Positions 6,461 to 14,309 of a stretch of 21,968 nt of DNA are shown piece by piece (position 1 is the first letter of the stretch; every line of letters begins with the position of its first letter). The notes under the pieces were generated by a model, which saw nothing but the letters and a program-made list of their open reading frames with translations, ran no database searches and was not told the origin of the DNA. The position numbers were made by a program, and so were the translations under genes. This stretch comes from an uncultured Thermus sp. (GTDB taxonomy: Bacteria > Deinococcota > Deinococci > Deinococcales > Thermaceae). The DNA is taken from contig CAMTVD010000020.1 of the NCBI GenBank assembly GCA_947085095.1, positions 1-21,968 of the forward strand. Direction: 5' to 3'.

Positions 6461-9094
6461 ATGCCCGAACGCGGATACCAAGAATCCCTGGAAAAGGAGC
6501 TTTTCCGGGAGGAGTTTCCCTTTGGCCCCGTGAGCCGGAGGGGGTTTTTGGCCCTGGGGCTTCTCGCCTTGGCCGCCTGCACCCCGGTGGTGCGGCGCCA
6601 GGGGGTGCCCTATGTGCGCCAGCCGGAGTGGGTGGTGGAGGGAGGGCGGGCGGAGTTCGTCACCGCCATCCCCCACGCCGGCATCGCCGAGCCCGTCCTG
6701 GTGCGCCATTACCAGGAGCGCCCCCTCTTCCTGGTTCCCCTCGAGGCGGCCATGAGCCCCTACCCCTTGGCGGGCCTCTACGCCCTCTACGACCCGGAGC
6801 GCAAGGGGAAGAGCCCAGACTGGGAAGGCTTCTTCGCTGCCTGGCGGAAGGCCCTGGAGGAAGGGGAGACCCTCCTGGTCCTTCCCCGCACCACCTCCCC
6901 CCGCCTCGAGGGCCTCCTGGAGAGGGCAAAGGCCCGCTACCCCAACCTGAGGGTGGCCCGGTTTGAGGCCTGGAGCCTGGAAAGCGTCTACCAGGGGGCG
7001 GAGCTCCTCTTCGGCCAGCGGGCCTGGCCCGTCTACGCCCCCGAAAAGGCGGAGGTGGTCCTTCTCCTGGACGTGGACCTCCACGAGCACCCCGCGGGCT
7101 ACCCCTGGTGGGCCGCCCTGAGCGGAAGGCGCATCCCCCCCATGAACCGCATCTACGCCGTGGAGAGCGGGGCGGGCCTTTTGGGAGCCATGGCCGACCA
7201 CCGCCTCGCCCTGAAGCCGAGCGCCCTGGAGGCCTTCCTCCTGGACCTGGCCAAGGCCCTCGGAGTCCTTCCGGGAAGCCCCGCCTCGGATTACGGGGGC
7301 TTTCTTTCCGCCCTGGCGGAAGACCTCCTGCGGGGCGGGGTGGTTCTCCCCGGGGTCCACCTCACCCCCGCCGCCCAGGCCCTGGCCATGGCGGTGAACG
7401 CCAGGCTAGGGGCCCCGGTGGCCTACGTGCCCCCTTTGGAGAAGGAGTCCGCCACCCCCGAGGCCTTTTTGCAGGCGGAGGGGGCGGAGCGCCTGGTCTG
7501 GGCGGCGGAGGGTCCTTTGCCGAATCTAGAGGGGAAGCGCTTCGCCGCCCACCTGGGCCTCTACCCCAAGGAGGCCCCCCATAGCCTCCCCCTGGCCCAC
7601 CCCCTGGAGGCGGGCGGCCAGCACCGGGACGCCCTGGGCCGCCTCTGGCCCGCCCAGGCCCTGGTGAAGCCCCTCTATGGGGGAAAGAGCCTCGAGGAGG
7701 TCCTGGCGGGGCTTCTTGGGGAGGACCTTCCCGCCCTCAGCCCCGAGGAGAAGCGGGCCCTGGCCGAGGGCCGCCCCTTAGAGGAGGCGAGACCTTTGGC
7801 CCTTGCCCCGCAACCCGGTCTGGAAGGCCGCCTCCCCCCCTTAAGGCAGGAGGCCCCCCTGGAACTCACCCTGAGGCCCGACGCCAGCCTCTACGACGGC
7901 CGCTACCGCAAGAACCCTTACCTGGAGGAGCTTCCCCGGCCCCTTTCCCGCCTGGTCTGGGACGGGGCCCTCTTAATGGGAGAAGAGGAGGCTGAGGCCC
8001 AGGGTCTCCTTTCGGACATCCGGGCCCGGGAGCGCCGGGCGGACCCCAGGAGGCCCCTCCTGAAGGTGAAGGCCGGGGGCCGGGAGGCCCTCCTTCCCCT
8101 CTGGCCCCTTCCCGGCCTGGCCAGGGGAAGCCTCCTGGCCCCCCTTTCCCACTTCTTCCACCCCGAGGGGGTGGCCTTCGCCGCCGAGGTGGCCCCCACG
8201 GGCCGGGACTACCCCCTGGTCTCCACCCAGTACCACGGCTACCTGGGAGAGGTGGAGGCGGTGAAGGTCATGGCGGAAGAGGAGGCCTTAAAGGCCGAGC
8301 CCAAGGAGGAGAAGCGCCTCTCCTTCTACCCCCCCTGGCCCCAGGGAGAGCACGCCTGGGCCATGAGCGTGGACCTAAGCCGCTGCCTGGGGTGCGGCCT
8401 TTGCACCCTGGCCTGCCAGATAGAGAACAACATCCCCGCCGTGGGCAAGGAGGAGGTGAGGAGGGGCCGGGAGATGCACTGGATCCGCATAGACCGCTAC
8501 TTCGCCGAGGAGGGGGTCCTCCACCAGCCCGTCATGTGCCAGCACTGCGAGAAGGCTCCCTGCGAGGCGGTCTGCCCCGTGGCGGCCACGGAGCACTCCG
8601 ACGAGGGCTTGAACCTCATGGTCTACAACCGCTGCGTGGGCACCAAGTACTGCTCCGCCAACTGCCCCTACAAGGCCCGGCGCTTCAACTTCTTCCCCTA
8701 CGCCGAGGCCTTCGTGGGCCAGGGGGACCCGAGAAAGGCCAAGGAAAGCCCCCTCGCCCTCCTCATGAACCCCGAGGTGACGGTCCGTAGCCGCGGGGTG
8801 ATGGAGAAGTGCACCTACTGTGTTCAGCGCATTGAGTTGGCCCGGGCGGAGGCCGCCAAGGAAGGCCGGAAGATCCGCACCGGGGAGGTCCGGACCGCCT
8901 GCCAGGAGGCCTGCCCGGGGAAGGCCATCCACTTCGGGGACCTCTTGGATCCTGAAGACCCCATCCAGGCCCACCGGAAGGAGGGACGGCACTACGCCCT
9001 TCTGGAGGAGGCCAACACCTGGCCCCGGACCACCTACCTGGCCCATCTGAAGAACAAGAATCCCAAGCTCAAGGAGGCGGAGCATGGCGGATAA
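6461..9094 (+). CDS. actB: Alternative complex III subunit B (molybdopterin-oxidoreductase-like domain fused to an Fe-S domain)
   Basis: Tat motif SRRGFL plus lipobox LAAC; Fe-S motifs CLGCGLCTLAC, CQHCEKAPCEAVCP, CVGTKYCSANCP, CTYC..ACQEACP; GREMHWIRIDRY. Confidence 0.93.
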   Translation: MPERGYQESLEKELFREEFPFGPVSRRGFLALGLLALAACTPVVRRQGVPYVRQPEWVVEGGRAEFVTAIPHAGIAEPVLVRHYQERPLFLVPLEAAMSPYPLAGLYALYDPERKGKSPDWEGFFAAWRKALEEGETLLVLPRTTSPRLEGLLERAKARYPNLRVARFEAWSLESVYQGAELLFGQRAWPVYAPEKAEVVLLLDVDLHEHPAGYPWWAALSGRRIPPMNRIYAVESGAGLLGAMADHRLALKPSALEAFLLDLAKALGVLPGSPASDYGGFLSALAEDLLRGGVVLPGVHLTPAAQALAMAVNARLGAPVAYVPPLEKESATPEAFLQAEGAERLVWAAEGPLPNLEGKRFAAHLGLYPKEAPHSLPLAHPLEAGGQHRDALGRLWPAQALVKPLYGGKSLEEVLAGLLGEDLPALSPEEKRALAEGRPLEEARPLALAPQPGLEGRLPPLRQEAPLELTLRPDASLYDGRYRKNPYLEELPRPLSRLVWDGALLMGEEEAEAQGLLSDIRARERRADPRRPLLKVKAGGREALLPLWPLPGLARGSLLAPLSHFFHPEGVAFAAEVAPTGRDYPLVSTQYHGYLGEVEAVKVMAEEEALKAEPKEEKRLSFYPPWPQGEHAWAMSVDLSRCLGCGLCTLACQIENNIPAVGKEEVRRGREMHWIRIDRYFAEEGVLHQPVMCQHCEKAPCEAVCPVAATEHSDEGLNLMVYNRCVGTKYCSANCPYKARRFNFFPYAEAFVGQGDPRKAKESPLALLMNPEVTVRSRGVMEKCTYCVQRIELARAEAAKEGRKIRTGEVRTACQEACPGKAIHFGDLLDPEDPIQAHRKEGRHYALLEEANTWPRTTYLAHLKNKNPKLKEAEHGG

Positions 9095-10433
9095 GCCCCA
9101 TCCCGACCGCGACCTCATCCAGGGGGAGTGGACGGAGAAGACCCTGGTGGAGAAGCTCCTGGAGCCGGTGGAAAAGCCCGCCCCCAGGCCCTGGAGGGTG
9201 GTCCTGGCCGTGGGAGGGGCCCTGACCCTGGCCTGGCTCTACGCCATCTTCGTCACCTTCGTGAAGGGCCTCGGCACCTGGGGCATCAACCAGCCCGTGG
9301 CCTGGGGGCTTGACGTGGTCCACTTCGTCTGGTGGATCGGCATCGGCCACGCCGGGACCCTGATCAGCGCCATCCTGGTCCTGATGCGCCAAAACTGGCG
9401 GGACTCCCTAAACCGGGTGACGGAGGCTATGACCTTCTTCGCCATCCTGGCGGCGGCCACCTTCCCCCTGATCCACATGGGCCGGCCCCAGCACTTCTAC
9501 TGGGTCATGCCCTACCCCACCCACATGGCCCTCTGGCCCCAGTACAAAAGCCCCCTCTCCTGGGATGTCCTGGCCATCATGACCTATATCACCATCTCCA
9601 CCCTCTTCCTCTACCTGGGCCTGATCCCCGACCTGGCCCTCCTCCGGGAGAGGAGCCAGGGCTGGCGCAGGAAGCTTTACGGCTGGCTCTCCTTGGGCTG
9701 GACGGGGAACGCGGTGCACTGGCAGCGCTACCGGGCGGTCTATGTCCTCCTGGCGGGCCTCGCCACCCCGGTGGTGATCTCCGTCCACTCCGTGGTGAGC
9801 ATGGACTTCGCCTACGGCCTGGTGCCGGGGTGGCACCTCACCGTCTTCCCCCCCTTCTTCGCCGCGGGGGCCATCTACTCCGGCTTCGCCATGGCCCTCA
9901 CCCTCATCATCCCCTTGCGGAGGTGGTACCGCCTCGAGGGGGTGGTCACGGAAAAGCACCTGGACTGGATGGCCAAGGTGACCCTGGCCTCGGGCCTCGG
10001 GGTGGCCTACATCTACCTCCTGGAGATCTTCATCGCCTGGTACTCGGCCGAGCCCGCGGAGTGGGCCCAGCAGGTCTGGCGCATGACCGGGCCCTACGCC
10101 CCCTACTACTGGGCCATGATGCTCATCAACGTGGTCCTCCTCCAGACCCTCTGGTTCCCCCGCTTCCGCAAGAACCTCACCTGGCTCTTCCTCTTCTCCA
10201 TCCTGGCCAACGTGGGCATGTGGCTGGAGCGCTTTGTCATCGTGGTCATCAGCCTTTCCAAGGACTTCCTGCCCGCAAACGCCCAGCTCTACTTCCCCAC
10301 CTGGGTGGACTGGACCCTTTTCCTCGGGACCCTCGGCTTCTTCCTCTTCGGCCTGGCCCTTTTCATCCGCATCTTCCCCCCCATCGCCGTGGCGGAGATG
10401 GTCCACCTCTTTCACAAGCTGAGGAGGCACTAG
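9084..10433 (+). CDS. actC: Alternative complex III subunit C (NrfD/PsrC family, quinol-binding)
   Basis: WWIGIGHAGTLISAIL, PLIHMGRP, SPLSWD, SVHSVVSMDF, GMWLERF; about 10 TM helices. Confidence 0.95.
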   Translation: MADKPHPDRDLIQGEWTEKTLVEKLLEPVEKPAPRPWRVVLAVGGALTLAWLYAIFVTFVKGLGTWGINQPVAWGLDVVHFVWWIGIGHAGTLISAILVLMRQNWRDSLNRVTEAMTFFAILAAATFPLIHMGRPQHFYWVMPYPTHMALWPQYKSPLSWDVLAIMTYITISTLFLYLGLIPDLALLRERSQGWRRKLYGWLSLGWTGNAVHWQRYRAVYVLLAGLATPVVISVHSVVSMDFAYGLVPGWHLTVFPPFFAAGAIYSGFAMALTLIIPLRRWYRLEGVVTEKHLDWMAKVTLASGLGVAYIYLLEIFIAWYSAEPAEWAQQVWRMTGPYAPYYWAMMLINVVLLQTLWFPRFRKNLTWLFLFSILANVGMWLERFVIVVISLSKDFLPANAQLYFPTWVDWTLFLGTLGFFLFGLALFIRIFPPIAVAEMVHLFHKLRRH

Positions 10434-10442
10434 GAGGCGGGT

Positions 10443-10961
10443 ATGCTCTACGGATTCATGGCCTACTTTGACGCCCCGGAGAAGCTCCTCGAGGCCATCA
10501 AGGCTCTGAAGGGGGCGGGGTACCGCCATATAGAGGCCCTCACCCCCAACCCCGTGGAGGGGATTGAGGAGGTTCTGGGGGGGGACGGGCGGATCCCCTG
10601 GGTGGCCTTCGCCCTCGGGGTTTTGGGGGCGGGGCTTGGCCTTTTCCTCCAGGTCTACACCACCCTGGACTACCCCATGAACGCCGGGGGCAAGCCCCTG
10701 CTGGGCTGGCCCGCCTTCATCCCCGTGACCTTTGAGCTCACCATCCTCACCATCACCGTGGGCATCTTCCTCTACCTCCTCTACGTGAACGGCCTGCCCC
10801 TGGCCGACCACCCCGCCGTCCGGGCCAAGGATTACGTCCGGGTCCTCCTGGACGAGTACGGCCTCTTCGTCTACGCCTCCGACCCCAGGTTTGACCTGGA
10901 GGCCACCCGGGCTCTTTTGCAGGCCCTGGGGGCGGAGGTGGAGGAGGTGCGCCGTGCGTAG
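10443..10961 (+). CDS. actD: Alternative complex III subunit D (DUF3341)
   Basis: TPNPVEG, DYPMNAGGKP, PAFIPVTFELTIL; two TM helices; expected position in the cluster. Confidence 0.92.
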   Translation: MLYGFMAYFDAPEKLLEAIKALKGAGYRHIEALTPNPVEGIEEVLGGDGRIPWVAFALGVLGAGLGLFLQVYTTLDYPMNAGGKPLLGWPAFIPVTFELTILTITVGIFLYLLYVNGLPLADHPAVRAKDYVRVLLDEYGLFVYASDPRFDLEATRALLQALGAEVEEVRRA

Positions 10962-11460
10962 CCTGATCCTCCTTCTTCCCCTTCTCTCCGCCTGCGGCTG
11001 GATGTGGGACCAGCCCAAGGTGGGGCCTTTCCGGGAAACCCCCTTAGAGGTGATGGTCCCGGAAGAGCGCGTCCGCTTCGGGGACAACCTGGATCTTTTG
11101 GCCAGGACCGGCCTCCGCCCTGAAGGGGGTTTCGCCGAGAGCCCCTACGCCTTCACCGATGCGGAGCTTTTGCGGGGAAAGGTCCTCTACCAGAGCTTCT
11201 GCGCCATCTGCCACGGGGCCAAGGGAGAGGGGGATGGCCGGGTGGTTCCCTTGGGCATGCCCAAACCCCGCCCCTTCCAAGCGGTTCGGGACCAGCCCGA
11301 GGGCTACTTCTACTTCGCCGCCACCAACGGCTTCGGCCGCATGCTCTCCTATAGGAGCCGCATCCTAGAACGCGAGCGCTGGCTCATCGCCCACTACATC
11401 AAAAGGTGTTTGCTGGAAGAAGCCTGTCCCCTGGAGGTGGTGAATGCAGAGGTCCATTGA
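10954..11460 (+). CDS. actE: Alternative complex III subunit E, monoheme cytochrome c lipoprotein
   Basis: GTG10954 after GGAGG; lipobox LSAC; MWDQPK; single CAICH; GFGRM distal Met; ERWLIAHYI. Confidence 0.9.
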   Translation: MRSLILLLPLLSACGWMWDQPKVGPFRETPLEVMVPEERVRFGDNLDLLARTGLRPEGGFAESPYAFTDAELLRGKVLYQSFCAICHGAKGEGDGRVVPLGMPKPRPFQAVRDQPEGYFYFAATNGFGRMLSYRSRILERERWLIAHYIKRCLLEEACPLEVVNAEVH

Positions 11461-12445
11461 GCGAAGCCCTTCCTGGCCCTTTTTCCTGGGGCTGGGCCTC
11501 TACGCCCTGGCCTTCCTCTTTGGGGCCCCGGCCGCCTACTTCCCCTTCCTCTTCTTCCTCCTCCTCGCCCTGGGGGCCCTCCTCGTCCTCCTCCTCCACA
11601 ACGCCCTTTGGAGCCGTTGGGGGGTGCCTTTGGAGCCCCACCTCTACCCTCTGGCCAGGACGCTTCCCCTGATGGGGCTTTTGGGCCTGCCCTTCTTTTT
11701 CTTCCTGCCGGAGCTCTTTCCCTGGGCCCGGCCCGAGGCCCTATCGGACCCCATTCTGGCCCACCGCTCCCCTTACCTGAACGCCCCCTTCATGCTCCTC
11801 CGCTACGTGCTCGTCTTTACCCTCTTCGCCTTTGTGCTCCTAAGGCTCAAGCCCGGGGAGCACCGCGCCGAGGTGGGGGCCTGGGGGCTTCCCTTGGTTT
11901 TCGCCGCCAGCACTTTTCTGGTCTACGACCTCTGCAAGAGCCTCGAGGCCCACTTCACCTCCGCTTCCTACGGGCCCATCCTCCTCCTTTCCGCCGCCAT
12001 CCTCGCCCTTTCTGTGGCCGTGGCCCTGGCGGCGAGCCGGGGTACCCCCGCCCTCCTGGGGCAGGCCCAGAACCACACCAACCTCCTTCTTGCCCTTTCC
12101 ATCATCTGGATCTACGTGGAGGCCACCACCCTCATCATCGTCTGGGGAGGCGACCTTCCCCACGAGGTGGAGTTCTACCTGAAGCGCCTCGAGGCCCCCT
12201 GGGACGGGGTGGCCGCCTTGTGGGTGGTGGGGGGCTTCTTCCTCCCCTTCCTCTACCTCCTCACCAACCCGCCCAAGCGGGAGGCCCGCTACCTCCTTCC
12301 CGTGGCCCTCTGGATTCCCCCCTTCCACCTCCTCCACCTGGCCTGGTACCTTCTGCCCGCCCTGGGCCGGGGGGTGGGCCTGGGAGAGGTTTTGGGCTTC
12401 TTGGGTCTTGGCCTCCTCTTCATGAGCCGCCTCCGCCAAGGTTAG
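11444..12445 (+). CDS. actF: Alternative complex III subunit F (membrane subunit)
   Basis: Polytopic; LFPWA, YLNxPF..RY, SLEAHFTS and IIVWGGDLPHEVEFY resemble ActF; position after actE. Confidence 0.85.
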   Translation: MQRSIERSPSWPFFLGLGLYALAFLFGAPAAYFPFLFFLLLALGALLVLLLHNALWSRWGVPLEPHLYPLARTLPLMGLLGLPFFFFLPELFPWARPEALSDPILAHRSPYLNAPFMLLRYVLVFTLFAFVLLRLKPGEHRAEVGAWGLPLVFAASTFLVYDLCKSLEAHFTSASYGPILLLSAAILALSVAVALAASRGTPALLGQAQNHTNLLLALSIIWIYVEATTLIIVWGGDLPHEVEFYLKRLEAPWDGVAALWVVGGFFLPFLYLLTNPPKREARYLLPVALWIPPFHLLHLAWYLLPALGRGVGLGEVLGFLGLGLLFMSRLRQG

Positions 12446-12533
12446 GGCCGGGGCATTTGCACCTACCTTCACAAGGAAGATGGGTGCACCCTGGGGTTAG
12501 GGGTACGAGGTACCGGTACCCAGGAGGTGGCAG

Positions 12534-13670
12534 ATGGCGACCAAGGTTTTGGTGTTGGGTGGTGGTTCCGGTGGCCTGGTGGCGGCCAACAAGGTGAAGA
12601 AGATCCTTGGGGAGCGGGTGGAGGTCACCCTGGTGGACAGGAACACCCACCACGAGTTCATGCCCGCTTACCCCTGGGTGGCCTTGGGCATGCGGGAGCC
12701 CGAGCAGATCCGCCGGCCTTTGGCCAACCTGGAGAAGCGGGGCATCCGGTATCTGCAGGCCACGGTGGAGGGCCTGGACCCCGCCAACAACCGGGTCAAG
12801 ACCAGCGCCGGGGAGCTAACGTACGACTACCTCATCGTCTCCCTGGGGGCCGAGGCCATGCCCGCACCAACCCAGGACGGCCACGCCCCCTGGAGCCTGG
12901 CGGGGGCCTTGAAGCTTCGGGAAGCCCTTAAGGGGTTCAAAGGGGGTCGGGTGGTGGTGGGGGTTTCCTCCCCCTACTACCCCTGCCCCCCCGCCCCCTA
13001 CGAGGTGGCGGGCCAGGTGGAGTTCGCCCTCAAGGTAAAGGGGGTGCGGGAGAAGAGCACGGTGGAGGTCTTCCACCTGAACCCTGCGCCTCTTGCGGGC
13101 ATGGGCCCGGTGATCTCCGGGAAGGTGACGGAGATCCTCCGCTCCAAAGGCATCGCCTTCCACGGGGAGTTTGAGCCCGTGGCCTTTGAAAATGGTAAGG
13201 TGAAGGCCAAAGACGGCCGGGAGCTTCCCTACGACCTCCTGATCCTGGTGCCCCCCTTCGCCCCCAACCGGGTGGTGCGGGAAAGCCCCTTGGCGGGGCC
13301 TCAGGGCTTCCCGCAGGTGGACAAGGGGACCTTCCGCTCGGTGAGCTTCCCCAACGTCTTCGTCATTGGGGACACGGTGAACCCCTCCCTCATGCTGCCG
13401 CCCGCCGGGGTGGTGGCCCACTTCCAGGGGGAGTACGTGGCCGGGGTCATCGCCTCGGACCTCAAGGGGGCCTACATCGGCGAGCCCTTCAACCCCGTGG
13501 CCATGTGCATCATGGACTTCGGCGACAACGCCCTCCTGCCCCAGTGCTCCTTTGAGCGGTTGCTGGCGGGGACGGGCATGCCCTCCTGCGGCGTGATGGC
13601 CGTGGGCAAGTGGGTGCGGGTGAGCAAGATCCTCTTTGAGGGCTTCTGGTTCGCCACCCTCATTGAGTAG
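12534..13670 (+). CDS. Sulfide:quinone oxidoreductase / flavocytochrome c sulfide dehydrogenase-like flavoprotein
   Basis: GGGSGG FAD motif, YDYLIVSLGA, YPCPPAPYE, NVFVIGD, AMCIMDFG (second redox Cys) and an amphipathic C-terminus; no signal peptide; SD AGGAGGT. Confidence 0.82.
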   Translation: MATKVLVLGGGSGGLVAANKVKKILGERVEVTLVDRNTHHEFMPAYPWVALGMREPEQIRRPLANLEKRGIRYLQATVEGLDPANNRVKTSAGELTYDYLIVSLGAEAMPAPTQDGHAPWSLAGALKLREALKGFKGGRVVVGVSSPYYPCPPAPYEVAGQVEFALKVKGVREKSTVEVFHLNPAPLAGMGPVISGKVTEILRSKGIAFHGEFEPVAFENGKVKAKDGRELPYDLLILVPPFAPNRVVRESPLAGPQGFPQVDKGTFRSVSFPNVFVIGDTVNPSLMLPPAGVVAHFQGEYVAGVIASDLKGAYIGEPFNPVAMCIMDFGDNALLPQCSFERLLAGTGMPSCGVMAVGKWVRVSKILFEGFWFATLIE

Positions 13671-13679
13671 GAGGTGCCC

Positions 13680-14291
13680 ATGGAGACCCCTTTGACCGTG
13701 GAAGAACGGCTTGCGCGCTTGGAAGAGATCCTGGAGAAGAGTGGCCTGGGCCTTTTGGCCCAGATGGGGGTGGGGGAGACCCTGGCCGAGAACCTGGGCC
13801 TCCTCCTGGAGCCTAAGAACCTAAAGCTCCTTTCCCTCCTGGCCCGCTACGTGGAGCAGGCGGAGGCCCTGGAGAAGCTGGCGGAAACCCTGGAGAAGCT
13901 GGACAAGTCGGGGGCCCTGGCCTTCATGGGCCATCTCTCGGAGAACTTCGGGGAGGGCCTGGGCATGCTCATGGAGCCCCAGCTCCTTCGGCTCATCTCC
14001 CACGGGGCCAACGTCCTGGACATCCTTTCCCGTATTGAGCCCGCAGCCATCGGCATGATGGCTTCCGCCATGCAGAGGGGGTTGGCGGAGACCTTCACCC
14101 CCGAGGTGATGCGGGACCCGCCCAGGGTGGGCCTTTCGGGGATTCTCAAGCAACTTTCCGATCCCGAGGTGCAGAAGGCCCTGGGGGTGCTCTTCCTCCT
14201 CCTGAAGGCTATGGGCAGGGCCTTTGGCCACATGAACCAGGACATGAAGGCCCTCGAGGCCATGATGGCCAAGATGATGCCCAAGAAGTAA
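13680..14291 (+). CDS. DUF1641-like helical protein
   Basis: C-terminal PRVGLSGILKQLSDPEVQKALGVLFLLLKAMG resembles the DUF1641 signature; SD AGGAGGT overlaps the SQR stop. Confidence 0.8.
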   Translation: METPLTVEERLARLEEILEKSGLGLLAQMGVGETLAENLGLLLEPKNLKLLSLLARYVEQAEALEKLAETLEKLDKSGALAFMGHLSENFGEGLGMLMEPQLLRLISHGANVLDILSRIEPAAIGMMASAMQRGLAETFTPEVMRDPPRVGLSGILKQLSDPEVQKALGVLFLLLKAMGRAFGHMNQDMKALEAMMAKMMPKK

Positions 14292-14309
14292 GGGCTCCGG
14301 GACCGGGGA

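Noticed and set aside
6461..10433. Polysulfide or other molybdoenzyme reductase interpretation of actB/actC
   Set aside because: The pentaheme cytochrome, DUF3341, monoheme cytochrome and second membrane subunit, in A-F order, identify ACIII.
9408..11087. Long antisense or alternate-frame ORFs (e.g. 9408-11087, 9332-10471, 17123-18280, 14953-15918)
   Set aside because: Shadow ORFs expected from high GC3 codon bias; they overlap well-supported genes, are low-complexity and show no motifs.
14292..14309. Terminator between the DUF1641-like and GGDEF genes
   Set aside because: Only a marginal GC stem with no U tract on either strand.
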